The notes under the pieces: generated by a model | Database searches by the model: none | The model's input: the letters and a program-made list of their open reading frames with translations, nothing else | Told to the model about the DNA's origin: nothing | Translations under genes and position numbers: made by a program | IMG/VR virus record: IMGVR_UViG_3300021364_000012 | Coordinates: 11,909 to 75,908 of that record | DNA length: 64,000 nt | Strand: one strand, 5' to 3' | Source of the DNA: a virus | Part shown: piece by piece, positions 19,640 to 29,508 of the stretch | Layout of the letters: each line of letters starts with the position of its first letter | Numbering within the stretch: position 1 is the stretch's first letter

Positions 19640-20221
19640 ATGGATTTGTCATACCAAGAAACCAAGTACCAACAATATGCAGAAAAAATAATAAGGGAGT
19701 CCACAAAAATAAAAATACCCCCCGATAAAGATTTAGAAATAAAAGCAAGAGTAAGGGAAATAGTCAAAGAGAAAAAGAAAGAAATAGGATATGTCCGAGA
19801 CCCAAAGTCCATGATAAAAAGATGGTACACAGGGTGGGGTGGGGAATGTGCCTTAGAAATATTCTTAAACGAGAAGTTCGTGGATTTCACGATTGGAGAA
19901 TCTCTTAAGTACAACGTATGTGACTTATCTAAACTTGGACTTGAAGTAGGTGTGAAGTCGGTAGAAATAGGACACTTCCCCCTCTTAAAAAAACCAAGCC
20001 CCTCTTCTCCCACACACAGCCCACAAATCATCTTAGTAAAAGAAGACTCAAGCACCTTCTACCTATGTGGGCTTGCCACAACCCAAACCGTAAACGACCC
20101 TAAAAACTTCAACGACAACTTGGTTAAGAGTAAAGACGTAAGAAATAAGTCAGCGTTTTTCAGGTTCGATCTTTTAACAAGGTTTAAAAACCTTGAGGAG
20201 TTGAGAAATCTACTCACATGA
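19640..20221 (+). CDS. Hypothetical protein, possible PD-(D/E)XK nuclease fold
   Basis: GECALE...CDL...EVGVKS spacing resembles a degenerate E..D..xVK active site. Confidence 0.45.
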   Translation: MDLSYQETKYQQYAEKIIRESTKIKIPPDKDLEIKARVREIVKEKKKEIGYVRDPKSMIKRWYTGWGGECALEIFLNEKFVDFTIGESLKYNVCDLSKLGLEVGVKSVEIGHFPLLKKPSPSSPTHSPQIILVKEDSSTFYLCGLATTQTVNDPKNFNDNLVKSKDVRNKSAFFRFDLLTRFKNLEELRNLLT

Positions 20222-20431
20222 GCAAATTACTTTCCCACCTTCAATTCTAACTATGAAGTTACCAGGAAATACAAACTTCTTATTGTTCTTGTCTGAAATG
20301 TGTATCTCAGAAGCCCTTATCTCCTTGGGTGCAGGCTCACGCACTTCAGAGATTTCTTCCCATTCGTTCCTTGGGTTTAAAATACTGCGTACTATTTCAT
20401 CGACATCGAACCCATCTTTACTCATATGCAC
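20210..20431 (-). CDS. Hypothetical protein
   Basis: 73-aa ORF, GAGG RBS. Confidence 0.55.
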   Translation of the reverse strand: MHMSKDGFDVDEIVRSILNPRNEWEEISEVREPAPKEIRASEIHISDKNNKKFVFPGNFIVRIEGGKVICSCE

Positions 20432-20522
20432 CTCTCAAAAGTATAATTATTATTTCAAGTTAAGTGTCTGCATTTAGAGTTGTCAATCTTTTTTATAAAA
20501 CCCTAGAAGCATTGTATATAAA

Positions 20523-21068
20523 CTAAAATCTCGTACCTACCCCATAGACAAATCCCACAACTAAATCTCCATCTGCATTATATGGAGAAGTAGTCGCACC
20601 CGCATATATTGAGGTGTCTTCATTAATGAAGATTTTAATACGAAAAGCACCCACAGGAAATAACTGACCTACTTTAGCCAAAGACCTACCTATAGAGACA
20701 CCTGTATCTATTCCTAAACTCTTTTTATCATCAATCTTAAGTTTAGCAATCTCATAGCTGACACCTAACATCAACGAGGGTGGGGTTTGAGTGTCTTCAA
20801 GCACCCCTTCTTCTGTTATTCTCTTGTTTGGTACGAGTGGTAAATTAACTACGCCCCACAGAGCGAAATGACTAAACACAGTACGAGAAAGAATAAGAGT
20901 AGTTGAAGCAGTAGGAACAGGAAAAGCACCCTCTCTGTTCCAACCAAGAAACATCTGAGTTGTACCAAAGCTCACTTCCCATTTGTTTTCCTCAACTGTT
21001 TCCTCAGCTAGAGTAGTTGTGGGAAATAGAAGAATTAAGCTCAGAATCATTAGTGGCATGTATTTCAT
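20523..21068 (-). CDS. Putative outer-membrane beta-barrel protein with signal peptide
   Basis: Sec signal (MKYMPLMILSLILLFPTTTLA-EE), amphipathic beta strands, C-terminal YGVGTRF beta-signal. Confidence 0.6.
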   Translation of the reverse strand: MKYMPLMILSLILLFPTTTLAEETVEENKWEVSFGTTQMFLGWNREGAFPVPTASTTLILSRTVFSHFALWGVVNLPLVPNKRITEEGVLEDTQTPPSLMLGVSYEIAKLKIDDKKSLGIDTGVSIGRSLAKVGQLFPVGAFRIKIFINEDTSIYAGATTSPYNADGDLVVGFVYGVGTRF

Positions 21069-21142
21069 CTTTATCTCCATATCTTATTTATCTTCGTATG
21101 CTCTAAAAAGAGAAGATAAAAGAAATACAACCCCTAGAAACG

Positions 21143-21173
21143 AAAAAACCCCGTTTCCGAAGAAACAGGGTTT
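21143..21173 (-). terminator. Rho-independent terminator after major capsid gene
   Basis: minus strand AAACCCTGTTTC-TTCG-GAAACGGGGTTTTTT (cUUCGg loop, U tract); second cUUCGg hairpin at 21190-21207. Confidence 0.85.
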
Positions 21174-21231
21174 AATCTGAGATCAACTCAGCCCACCGAA
21201 GTAGGCTTCGTCATTCGCTATTTCTTAAAGA

Positions 21232-22107
21232 TTAGCGAGTAACGGTGAGTCGTGCAAGACCCTTCGGGTTATAGGCCCCAATACCCAAGTTCTCAAATAC
21301 GCTGAAGCCAATGGTACGAGCCTTTGGATCGTCAGCAGAGAGAACGGTAAGCTCAGTACGAACAGGAATACGACCGAACATCTCAGGCTCACAGCAGACG
21401 TAAACAGTTCCAACAGGAACAAGACGGCTAGTGATAATCTGAGCACCCCAAAGGGTAGCCTGAAGACCTGTCTTGAGAAGTGCCGCTTGGCTCTCAATGT
21501 CGAGAATGTCACGACCGAACTTACGGATGTCAGCGTAGTCACGAGCATTCATGAATACACGGGCAACACGAAGATCGTGACGCTCGATGAGGCTGTATGC
21601 GTCAGCAAGAACAGCACCATTAAGTGGAGCAATAACAGGGATGTCAGCGTTAGTCTGACCAGGAACGCTGTCAAAGCCAGAAGTCGCAACAGCATCAAGA
21701 ATAGCGAATACACGCTCGTCCTCTGCCGCCTGAATCTGTGCTCTAGCGAGGTCCTGTGCTCTCTCGATGAGATCGAAGCGTCTTTCCTTAATCTGAGTCA
21801 ATGGAATCTCAGGGTTAGAAGCAATCTCAAAGAGAGGGAAGATCACACGACGTGGCTTGGTGATAGCGAGGATGTTCTCACCCTCTTCACCAACTACAAA
21901 AGCAGTCACGTCTGGATCTTTGTCATAAATCGGCAAAGCACCATCAGGAAGTTGCTCTACGAGGAAGGTCTTACGACCAACGCTCGTATAGTCTCTTCTT
22001 AGTCTGAGAGGCTGAGTCATGCTCGCCGCTAACTTACTACGACCCTGTGGAGTCTTGATGTAGTCAGAAATAATCTTCTGCTTTACTGCGTTATCTACTG
22101 TACTCAT
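21232..22107 (-). CDS. Major capsid protein (HK97 fold)
   Basis: Last gene of protease-scaffold-decoration-capsid order, strong AAGGAG RBS, biased codons, followed by terminator; LWGAQIITS..VP.GTVY and GFSVFENLGIGAYNP motifs. Confidence 0.85.
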   Translation of the reverse strand: MSTVDNAVKQKIISDYIKTPQGRSKLAASMTQPLRLRRDYTSVGRKTFLVEQLPDGALPIYDKDPDVTAFVVGEEGENILAITKPRRVIFPLFEIASNPEIPLTQIKERRFDLIERAQDLARAQIQAAEDERVFAILDAVATSGFDSVPGQTNADIPVIAPLNGAVLADAYSLIERHDLRVARVFMNARDYADIRKFGRDILDIESQAALLKTGLQATLWGAQIITSRLVPVGTVYVCCEPEMFGRIPVRTELTVLSADDPKARTIGFSVFENLGIGAYNPKGLARLTVTR

Positions 22108-22125
22108 ATCTCTAACTCCTTTCTA

Positions 22126-22755
22126 TCAGATGCGTTGATCGTAAACCAACTCGTCAGAGTCAGAATCGGGTACAATTTTAAGAATAGCAATCTCAGTAGT
22201 AGTTGCGATACCATGTTCAGCATCGTGACGGTCTTCTGCCACAATGCTGTTAGTGAGATAGCCGTTCACAGAAGCAACGAGTGAGTCACCGACACGATAG
22301 TCGAGATCGTTCCCTGCTCCAGCTCCGGTGAGAACCTGAGTCTCATAGAGCTTGTTGCCGTAAGAACCCTGTGCAGAAACATAAGGTCCTCTGTTGCTTG
22401 CAACGCCAGGCTGATTCTCAAAAGCATTTCCACTAGCATTGTTAATGAAAATGCCAAGTACACGCTCACGCTCGTCTGCTTGTACACCTGAGTCAGTTGG
22501 GCCACCATGCGTATTGCCGTCTGCTGAAGAACGTGCAAATGCAACAGAACCACTTAGTACACCAAGTACGCCTGAAACGAGTGAAAGACCGCTAGACTGA
22601 GATACAGTCGATGTGGTTGTAATAATTGGGGGGTTAGTCTGAGTGAAGCTGTCAGACGTAAGTTGACCAAGGGTGTTACGAACACCGATGTGCAAAATAC
22701 GAAGAGCAGAGCTACTCTCAGTAAACCCACCACTAGCTTGTCCAAGTAGAGCCAT
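22126..22755 (-). CDS. Putative head decoration/cement protein
   Basis: 209 aa directly upstream of MCP with its own late motif and AGGAG; GIFINNASGNAFEN...Y.VGD.L.AS.NGYLTN beta-rich pattern. Confidence 0.6.
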   Translation of the reverse strand: MALLGQASGGFTESSSALRILHIGVRNTLGQLTSDSFTQTNPPIITTTSTVSQSSGLSLVSGVLGVLSGSVAFARSSADGNTHGGPTDSGVQADERERVLGIFINNASGNAFENQPGVASNRGPYVSAQGSYGNKLYETQVLTGAGAGNDLDYRVGDSLVASVNGYLTNSIVAEDRHDAEHGIATTTEIAILKIVPDSDSDELVYDQRI

Positions 22756-22870
22756 AGTATTTCTCCTAGAAGCTCATACTCTCTGTTTCCAAGAGAGTAG
22801 TGTGTTGGTTAAAAAGGGATGGGCTAAACCAACCCCCAAAAAAAAGAATTCAACAATATAGCAAAGAAAT

Positions 22871-22882
22871 ATAAAGGAACTA
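22871..22882 (-). promoter_or_regulatory. Late-promoter-like motif TAGTTCCTTTAT (capsid operon)
   Basis: Same 12-mer class recurs upstream of many structural genes (217, 10055, 11440, 16770, 26955, 40827, 58444). Confidence 0.55.
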
Positions 22883-22913
22883 TTAAGCCTCACTTTATAT
22901 TTCTCAACATTTC

Positions 22914-25196
22914 TCAGAAGAACTTGCTTACGTCAGGAGCTGACTCCCAAAGCTTGCTGAGTTCATCTGAAGCAGAGCTTGCTTCACGAGAAATATTTCC
23001 TAAAGTCTTAACAGAAGACTTACGAGCTGTGGTCTGAGGGCGGAAAGAAGCAGACTTCGCAGATGGAGACTCGCCACCATTCTCTGAAGCGTTGCCTGGA
23101 CCAACATCCTCACCCTCATGTCCTGTGGCTTCCTGCATCTCATCACCTGCCATAAAGATACGAGCCAACTTAGGATCAAGACCTGCTTCTTCGTCAGAAA
23201 GACCCATCATGTCCTCTGCAAAATGATCTGGATCATTCTGATCTGCAACAGGCTCTTCACCTGCCATGAGGTCAGTCATGGAAATCTCTTCCTCAGCCAT
23301 AGGCTCCTCTGAAGCTACAGGCTCTTCTTCTGAGAACATCATAGCCATCTCTTCCTCAGCCATAGGCTCCTCTGAAGCAACGGCTTCTTCCTCAGCCATA
23401 GGCTCCTCTGAAGCCATAGGCTCCTCTGAAGCTACAGCTTCTTCCTCAGCCATAGTCTCAGCTTGCTCGATCTCTGCAAGCATCTCCGCTAGGATTTCTT
23501 CGTCTGAAGACTCCATATCTTCTGCTTGTCTCTTATCACGCCACATAGACTGATATGCCGCATGGTAGTCTTTATCTGAGTGATCGCCCTCGCCCCAAGT
23601 ATCACCAGAAATAGTTGAAGCAGTCTCTTTCGTAGCGTGATCCTTGTGCTTAGTACCAGCCTCAAGCTCTGCAAGCATCTCTGCAAGCATTTCACGCTCT
23701 TCAGCATTAAGATTCATAGCTTGCTTCTTCCAACGATCCTTGTTCTGTGCGTAATACTCCGCATTATACTGCTCTTTCACAGAAACAGGCCAACCGCTCT
23801 TACCTTTAGTAGACTGATTGTCAGCTCTTTCTTCAGGAGTCATATATCCGAAAGCCTTACCTAGAGCTTCAGCATATCCTTTGCTTTTGTTCCAATCCGC
23901 TCTTGTACCCTTGTTATTGCCTCTAGCAACCATCTCAAGAGTAGCCATAAGAGTTGCGAACTGCTCCTCAGAAAGGATGTTCTCTGCTTCTCTAGTGCGA
24001 GTCTTAACAACTCTCTTAGTCTCGTTTTGTGCAGTAGAAACAGACTTAGCACCACCCTCACCGATAGTACGGTTTACGTTTTTCTTGGTGTAATTAGGCT
24101 TCTCACCTGGTGCACGACTCTTAACACCCCAAATTTGAGGGTTATCTCGGTAATAAAGGTCATTGTGGTTCTGCTTTACTTGCTTATCCCACATACCTCC
24201 ACCTTTTTGTGAGCGGCGAGCACCTCTCTCAGCAGGCTTCTGATAGAAACTATCGTCATCAATAGCTTCACCATACGCATTGTGCTTCTTGTAAGACTTA
24301 GCAAGAAGCTCCAAATCTGCAAGAAGGTCTGCCATAAGCTCATGTGACTCAGAGTCATGCTCTTCAGCCATCATCTCGTCAAGGACTGAAGCTAAACGTG
24401 CAAGACCTGCGAGCTTCTTAGTAGGAACACCGTCCTCCTCAGACTCGTCAAGAACATCTACGCTCTCGTCGTCCCCTTCGTATCCAGTCTCATCTTGAAC
24501 TTCGTCGTCTGCTTTTTTTTTTAACTCTGAACGAAGGTGAAGATTTGCTTGGCGAAGCATAGCGATTTCCTCTGCAAGAACTTCAGCAGGACTCATAGCC
24601 ATATCTTCATCTGCCATGATGTCTTCATCTGCCATAAGGTCTTCATCTGCCATGATGTCTTCATCTGCCATAAGGTCTTCTGCCATGACATTACCTGGAC
24701 CGACATCATCTCCCTCGTAGCCTGTCTCTTCCTGCATCTCGTCGCCTGCTAAGAAATCAGAAGCAATTCTCTGAAGTCTAGCGTTGATAGCACGATTAGG
24801 AAGGTCCATGAAACGAAGTGCGAGGTCTTCTACTTCATCCTGAGAAGCATATTTCCCAAGACGATGCTCTGCAATCTCAATGCACTTAGCAGCCTTACGC
24901 TCCATAGCGAGCTTAAGGTTCTGCTCCTTGAGAGAACGAGTCTCCTCATAGTCAGAAATAGTCTGCTCTTGGGTTGCGGGGTGATCAGGCATCCAACCAT
25001 AAGAAGCTGGAGCAGGACCTGAGCTGTAAGGGCCATCAGTGACACCCTCTCCAAACTCTGAATCAATACCGTAGGCATCTACAGAGGGTTGACCTTGAGA
25101 AGCAGGGTGTCCGAAATCCTCATAGCCAAGATTATCATAGCCGGGGATTGCAGAGTTAGCCCTGCGATTAAAAGCTGGATATCTACGTTTTGACAT
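22914..25196 (-). CDS. Putative scaffolding protein (acidic, repetitive)
   Basis: Between protease and decoration/MCP; very acidic; MADED and EEPMA repeats; C-terminal LSKLWESAPDVSKFF. Confidence 0.65.
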   Translation of the reverse strand: MSKRRYPAFNRRANSAIPGYDNLGYEDFGHPASQGQPSVDAYGIDSEFGEGVTDGPYSSGPAPASYGWMPDHPATQEQTISDYEETRSLKEQNLKLAMERKAAKCIEIAEHRLGKYASQDEVEDLALRFMDLPNRAINARLQRIASDFLAGDEMQEETGYEGDDVGPGNVMAEDLMADEDIMADEDLMADEDIMADEDMAMSPAEVLAEEIAMLRQANLHLRSELKKKADDEVQDETGYEGDDESVDVLDESEEDGVPTKKLAGLARLASVLDEMMAEEHDSESHELMADLLADLELLAKSYKKHNAYGEAIDDDSFYQKPAERGARRSQKGGGMWDKQVKQNHNDLYYRDNPQIWGVKSRAPGEKPNYTKKNVNRTIGEGGAKSVSTAQNETKRVVKTRTREAENILSEEQFATLMATLEMVARGNNKGTRADWNKSKGYAEALGKAFGYMTPEERADNQSTKGKSGWPVSVKEQYNAEYYAQNKDRWKKQAMNLNAEEREMLAEMLAELEAGTKHKDHATKETASTISGDTWGEGDHSDKDYHAAYQSMWRDKRQAEDMESSDEEILAEMLAEIEQAETMAEEEAVASEEPMASEEPMAEEEAVASEEPMAEEEMAMMFSEEEPVASEEPMAEEEISMTDLMAGEEPVADQNDPDHFAEDMMGLSDEEAGLDPKLARIFMAGDEMQEATGHEGEDVGPGNASENGGESPSAKSASFRPQTTARKSSVKTLGNISREASSASDELSKLWESAPDVSKFF
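23285..23455. repeat. Coding tandem repeats (ASEEPMAEEE units)
   Basis: Repeated CTCAGCCATAGGCTCCTCTGAAGC units. Confidence 0.85.
24598..24688. repeat. 18-bp coding tandem repeat (MADED[I/L])
   Basis: TCTTCATCTGCCAT-based 18-mers, 4-5 copies. Confidence 0.9.
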
Positions 25197-25227
25197 AACG
25201 TGTTTCCTTTCCTATTAAAGAGCAGGA

Positions 25228-26577
25228 CTACTGCTCAGAGTTTAGTGAGATCAGTTTTGCTAATCTAACAAGACGAATTGAATCTTTACGATTAAGCTTA
25301 AAGCCTAGAATGCTCTCTGCTTCCTTAATCAAAGAACCTACACTACTATATTTCTTTGTAAAGGACATTTGTTTAGCCACTTTATAAATATAGTTTGGTA
25401 GATATACATCAAAGTGATCATTAACTATCTGTATATTACGAATAGCATGATCTTTAGTCGAAGCTTTCTTAATTGCAAAGCTAAGATTTCTCAGATATTT
25501 CTGAGAGGCTTCTTTGATAACTGTGTCATCCGTAGTCGTAGCAGAAGCTGTTGGAGGGTTCTGTTGACCACCACCCATGCTTTCGCTTATTTCTTTCTCA
25601 AGCTTTTTCTTTAGCTTGTCAAGAACAGCATCTTTAATGACATCTTCTATCTGATTTAAGAATGACTCAGGAGTCTCATTCTTTGAGCCTTCCTCTTCAT
25701 CATCCTCATCATCGCCCATACCAAAGGCACTCTTTTCAATCCACTTAGATGGAACAGAATTCAAAGAAGCTCTATTTGTAGGTATCTCCAAAGTATTTCT
25801 TGCGACCGCACCTCTAAATGCAGGAACAGAAACCCAAGACGCTTCAATAAAAGTGACGCCACCTGTGTCACCTTCCGTCTCATGACCACAAAGCTCTGCA
25901 ACTCTGTGCTTGTTCCCACTCTCATCGTAGAAAGTGTTACCCTTTTCATACTTAACGTGCGTACACATTTGTGCTTCATCTGAAGCGACATGACCACACT
26001 TAGTGCAGATTGTAAAATCCACACTACAGCCCATTGACATCCCGTTCATTTCACCAGAAATAATCTGACTTACGAGGTCTTCGTGCTTTTTATCTGTGGC
26101 AACAAGTATGTCTACATAGATAGACTCTCCAATGTCTCGGAGAACTGCGTCAATAATACGACCTTTAGAGAGTTCTTCAATCTGAACATGCTCTACAAAG
26201 TTATGAGCACCTACAAAAGTCTTGTAAGATTTCTTAATAACACCCCTAGACCAACAATCTAGGTTGTTATTGATATACTTGTCTGTTTCAGAAGTAACTC
26301 TATAATCTGAGTACTTCCTGTTTATTTCTGTGTTCCCTTCTGTGACGGAACCTGTCTTAGTTCCGGGAACTTGAACTGCATCTACAGAGCAAACAATAGT
26401 TGCATGTGAAAGAAGAAATCTTTCTGGAGTAAAAGGCTCTCCAAGAATATCCTCAGCTTTTTTTCGCAGAGAATCATTCAGCTTAGAAGAACCTGAAGCA
26501 ACTCTTACTTTGTCCCACTCCCTAGTACGAAGTTGAGGGTGGACAATATTTGCTCTTGCATATCTAAGAAAAGCCAT
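25228..26577 (-). CDS. Putative prohead maturation protease
   Basis: NNNLDCW, NFVEH (His), GRIIDA, MSMGC (Ser), zinc-finger insert CTKCGH..CTH, FIEASWVSVPAF; position upstream of scaffold. Confidence 0.7.
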   Translation of the reverse strand: MAFLRYARANIVHPQLRTREWDKVRVASGSSKLNDSLRKKAEDILGEPFTPERFLLSHATIVCSVDAVQVPGTKTGSVTEGNTEINRKYSDYRVTSETDKYINNNLDCWSRGVIKKSYKTFVGAHNFVEHVQIEELSKGRIIDAVLRDIGESIYVDILVATDKKHEDLVSQIISGEMNGMSMGCSVDFTICTKCGHVASDEAQMCTHVKYEKGNTFYDESGNKHRVAELCGHETEGDTGGVTFIEASWVSVPAFRGAVARNTLEIPTNRASLNSVPSKWIEKSAFGMGDDEDDEEEGSKNETPESFLNQIEDVIKDAVLDKLKKKLEKEISESMGGGQQNPPTASATTTDDTVIKEASQKYLRNLSFAIKKASTKDHAIRNIQIVNDHFDVYLPNYIYKVAKQMSFTKKYSSVGSLIKEAESILGFKLNRKDSIRLVRLAKLISLNSEQ

Positions 26578-26581
26578 CTTC

Positions 26582-29497
26582 TTATCTCCTTCTCTTTAGG
26601 GATAAGTACAGAGATGCGACTTTTTCTTTAGAAGGTCTTTTACCTGCCGAGACAGGATAACTTCTACTTTGGGATTTCTCATCTATCATAGAGTTATAGT
26701 CGCCGGATGTATCTAAGACCAAATCTTCAGCGGGGTATCGAGAAACGCCATGTGGGAACTGTAAATCTACCATCCCAATCGCAGGAAATACCGCCACGAT
26801 CACACCACCAGTCTTAGGGTCTCCCTTGAAAAATGGATATGCTCGCATACCAACTTCAAAACGAGAAGCCCTTTCTTGGTAGTCCGTATCGTAAACCGTG
26901 GCTTTTTTCTGCATGTATTTTATTTCTCCCTCACTATCTAAATAGCACCCTCGAATAAACAAACTATTAAAAATATCTGAACCTCTCTTCGTTTTTCCTA
27001 ATTTAAGAAAAGTATCGTCTGTAGAGAGGTCTGCTTTCATAGCCTCGTCTAAGTTTGAAAGCATTTCTCGGATGTCTTCTTCCTTGTTTTTCTTAATCAT
27101 TTCGAGAATAGCGTCTCTTTTCGCTTTTTCTCTTGAATCTTGGTCTTTCCCTTTATTCTTCTTTGACGAATAAGAACCAAAATCCATGTCTTTTATCCGC
27201 TCTATCCTCATCTGATATATAAGATAAGCAAGAGACTCCTCTTTCTCTTTCTCAGTGCCTTGTGTAAGAATCTTTTGAAACTTCTCAGGAGACACCTCAA
27301 AAATCTGCTTCATCTTTTTATGTTTCTTAGCCTCCTCCTTCTCTCCCTTAGATTCTTGTTTACGAGAGGAGGATGAGAAGGAAGAACTCCCCAAAGGTGC
27401 AGTAGGTGTAAGAACGTGATGGTCAACCATCATTTGAATGACATGCTTCTTTAAAGTTGCCTTGACTTCAGCCCCGACAGGATAAGGACAAACATCTCCC
27501 GGACCTATAGGCTCTCCTGCCATGTCGCCGTTAATTGGGATATTGGGACACACCTCGCCTTGAATTATTTCTAAAGCGTCTGCAAAAGGACCCGAGTCTC
27601 CTCCAAGGGCTTGTGAAAGTTGATCGTCACTTAGACTACTTAAGACTTGGGTCTGCACGTCGCTTTTTTTCTGATCAGAAGCTCCACCTTTAAGACTTTT
27701 GATTGCATCGTATGCCGCATCTAAGTCTGTTTGCTTCGCTAATTCCACAAGATATTTCATGGCTGGTGATAAGTTATTTGGAAGAGGCTTCACTTCTTGA
27801 ACTAAAAGAGAAACCTCAATGCCGTCTTTCACAGACTGCAAAGAAAGATATTCCGCAGAGCCTTCATCTCCTTTTTTCTCAAGAGACCTCATTTTGCTCT
27901 CAACATCATCAAGAGCACCTCTTGTTTCAGACTCTCCCATCCTGTTGTATCTCCTAGCAGAGAAACGGCTCGTTTCGTCTAGTAACAACTCGTTTATTTC
28001 TTCGATCTCCCTACCCATTGAGTCTCTAGTAGTCTTAAACACAGAGCTAGGTTCTGTGTTTACTCCAAATAGAGGATTTCTTGTGTAAGCCATCTCCATC
28101 GCACCAGCGGCGATGGAAGCCCCTAACTCAGCCCCCTCTTTATTATTGATGGCGTCATCGAAAATATCATTTATTTCTTCTTGGAGTTCTGAAAGCTTTT
28201 CGAGCAGACCTTTATCTTCGTCGTCATTGTTCTCCAAGATAGCCTGTAACTTCGTGGACGCTGCTTTGAAGCCTTCAGCAACTTGATCCATATCTTCTTG
28301 CGACAGCTTATCTATATCTATTTTAGAAATCATTTTGGAGATCATAGCTTTTGAGTCTACATCAGAGCCTGTCATAGACTGACCAGAACCAAAAGCACCT
28401 AAGCCTGCAACAGAACCCACAAGACTCTCTAAGAAATTAGTCCTCAGTTGTTTTTGTTGCCGTTCATTTAGATTTGTCTTCTCGTCTTCAGCCTCTTGTC
28501 TTGAAACCGTTTGTCTGAAAGAAGACATCAACCTCAGAACAGGATTGTTTTTTAGTATTTCTTGGTCTTGCTCTGTCTCACCTTTTAATACTCGCTCTAT
28601 GTTTTCAGTAACATCACCTTGAGTAAGTTCAGGATAACGCTCTCCTGCGATCTCTTTCTTTTTTCTAGCGATTTGAGCTTTAGCTTTATTTCTTTCTTTC
28701 GCAGACATAAGATTGAGCTTCTTTTTTGAAAGACCAAGCTCACCCATCGCTTCTTCATCTGAAATATTTGGAAAACTCATCCCCTTCAGACCATCCAAAG
28801 CTCGGATTATTTCTTTCTTTCGCTCTTTCTTTCGCAGCTGTTGCTTGGCTTTGCGTCTCTGCTCAAGACGAGTAAAATCAAGCTTAGTTATTTCACCGTC
28901 TTTTAATTTTCTCTTATTTTCTTTGGCTTGCTCTTCATTTTCTTTTTTCTCTCGATCTGTAGCGGTAAATTTAGAAGAGTCTAAGCCTAAAATCTCTTCG
29001 AGAGAAGGCATGTCAGGATTGCGTTTAGCCACGGCATCGTAACTGTCTGCTAGGTCTTTTGCGACTTCATGGGCATACTGCACATGAATGGCTTTTTCTC
29101 TTGATCCTCCAAGTAAATTCTGAATGAACCTTTGAGGGTCGTCATACATGTCAAGTCGGAACTGATCCTTCGTCGCCTTTATCTCGTCCAACTCCTTCTG
29201 CCGGTCTACCCTTTTATCTTCCCTAGCTTCCGCTTCAGATTGCAACTGTTCTGTAGACTTCCTACGTCGATTTTCAGACTTCTCTTTTCCTTTATTAAAA
29301 CTTTCAACTTCTTTGTTGTAGTCTTCCACTGCTTTATCGTGTTGACGACTGTACGCAGTAGTGAAAAGAATATCATTCCCCGAATCCTTATCTCTGTAAG
29401 TGTTCGGGGCAAGCTTCTTCATTATTTTCTTGTGAAGTTTCGGAGATACTTTGTCTGAAGCATACCGATATATTATTTCTCTAAATAAGTTATACAT
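26582..29497 (-). CDS. Large hypothetical virion-associated protein with nested in-frame C-terminal gene
   Basis: 971-aa ORF, helical/charged; internal promoter motif, RBS and ATG at 26914. Confidence 0.7.
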   Translation of the reverse strand: MYNLFREIIYRYASDKVSPKLHKKIMKKLAPNTYRDKDSGNDILFTTAYSRQHDKAVEDYNKEVESFNKGKEKSENRRRKSTEQLQSEAEAREDKRVDRQKELDEIKATKDQFRLDMYDDPQRFIQNLLGGSREKAIHVQYAHEVAKDLADSYDAVAKRNPDMPSLEEILGLDSSKFTATDREKKENEEQAKENKRKLKDGEITKLDFTRLEQRRKAKQQLRKKERKKEIIRALDGLKGMSFPNISDEEAMGELGLSKKKLNLMSAKERNKAKAQIARKKKEIAGERYPELTQGDVTENIERVLKGETEQDQEILKNNPVLRLMSSFRQTVSRQEAEDEKTNLNERQQKQLRTNFLESLVGSVAGLGAFGSGQSMTGSDVDSKAMISKMISKIDIDKLSQEDMDQVAEGFKAASTKLQAILENNDDEDKGLLEKLSELQEEINDIFDDAINNKEGAELGASIAAGAMEMAYTRNPLFGVNTEPSSVFKTTRDSMGREIEEINELLLDETSRFSARRYNRMGESETRGALDDVESKMRSLEKKGDEGSAEYLSLQSVKDGIEVSLLVQEVKPLPNNLSPAMKYLVELAKQTDLDAAYDAIKSLKGGASDQKKSDVQTQVLSSLSDDQLSQALGGDSGPFADALEIIQGEVCPNIPINGDMAGEPIGPGDVCPYPVGAEVKATLKKHVIQMMVDHHVLTPTAPLGSSSFSSSSRKQESKGEKEEAKKHKKMKQIFEVSPEKFQKILTQGTEKEKEESLAYLIYQMRIERIKDMDFGSYSSKKNKGKDQDSREKAKRDAILEMIKKNKEEDIREMLSNLDEAMKADLSTDDTFLKLGKTKRGSDIFNSLFIRGCYLDSEGEIKYMQKKATVYDTDYQERASRFEVGMRAYPFFKGDPKTGGVIVAVFPAIGMVDLQFPHGVSRYPAEDLVLDTSGDYNSMIDEKSQSRSYPVSAGKRPSKEKVASLYLSLKRRR

Positions 29498-29508
29498 ACA
29501 GAGACACC

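Noticed and set aside
21232-22107. Encapsulin nanocompartment with ferritin-like cargo
   Set aside because: Gene lies in a protease-scaffold-decoration operon with portal, terminase and sheath nearby, so it is a phage capsid
23285-24688. CRISPR-like repeats
   Set aside because: Repeats are in-frame coding units without unique spacers; no cas genes
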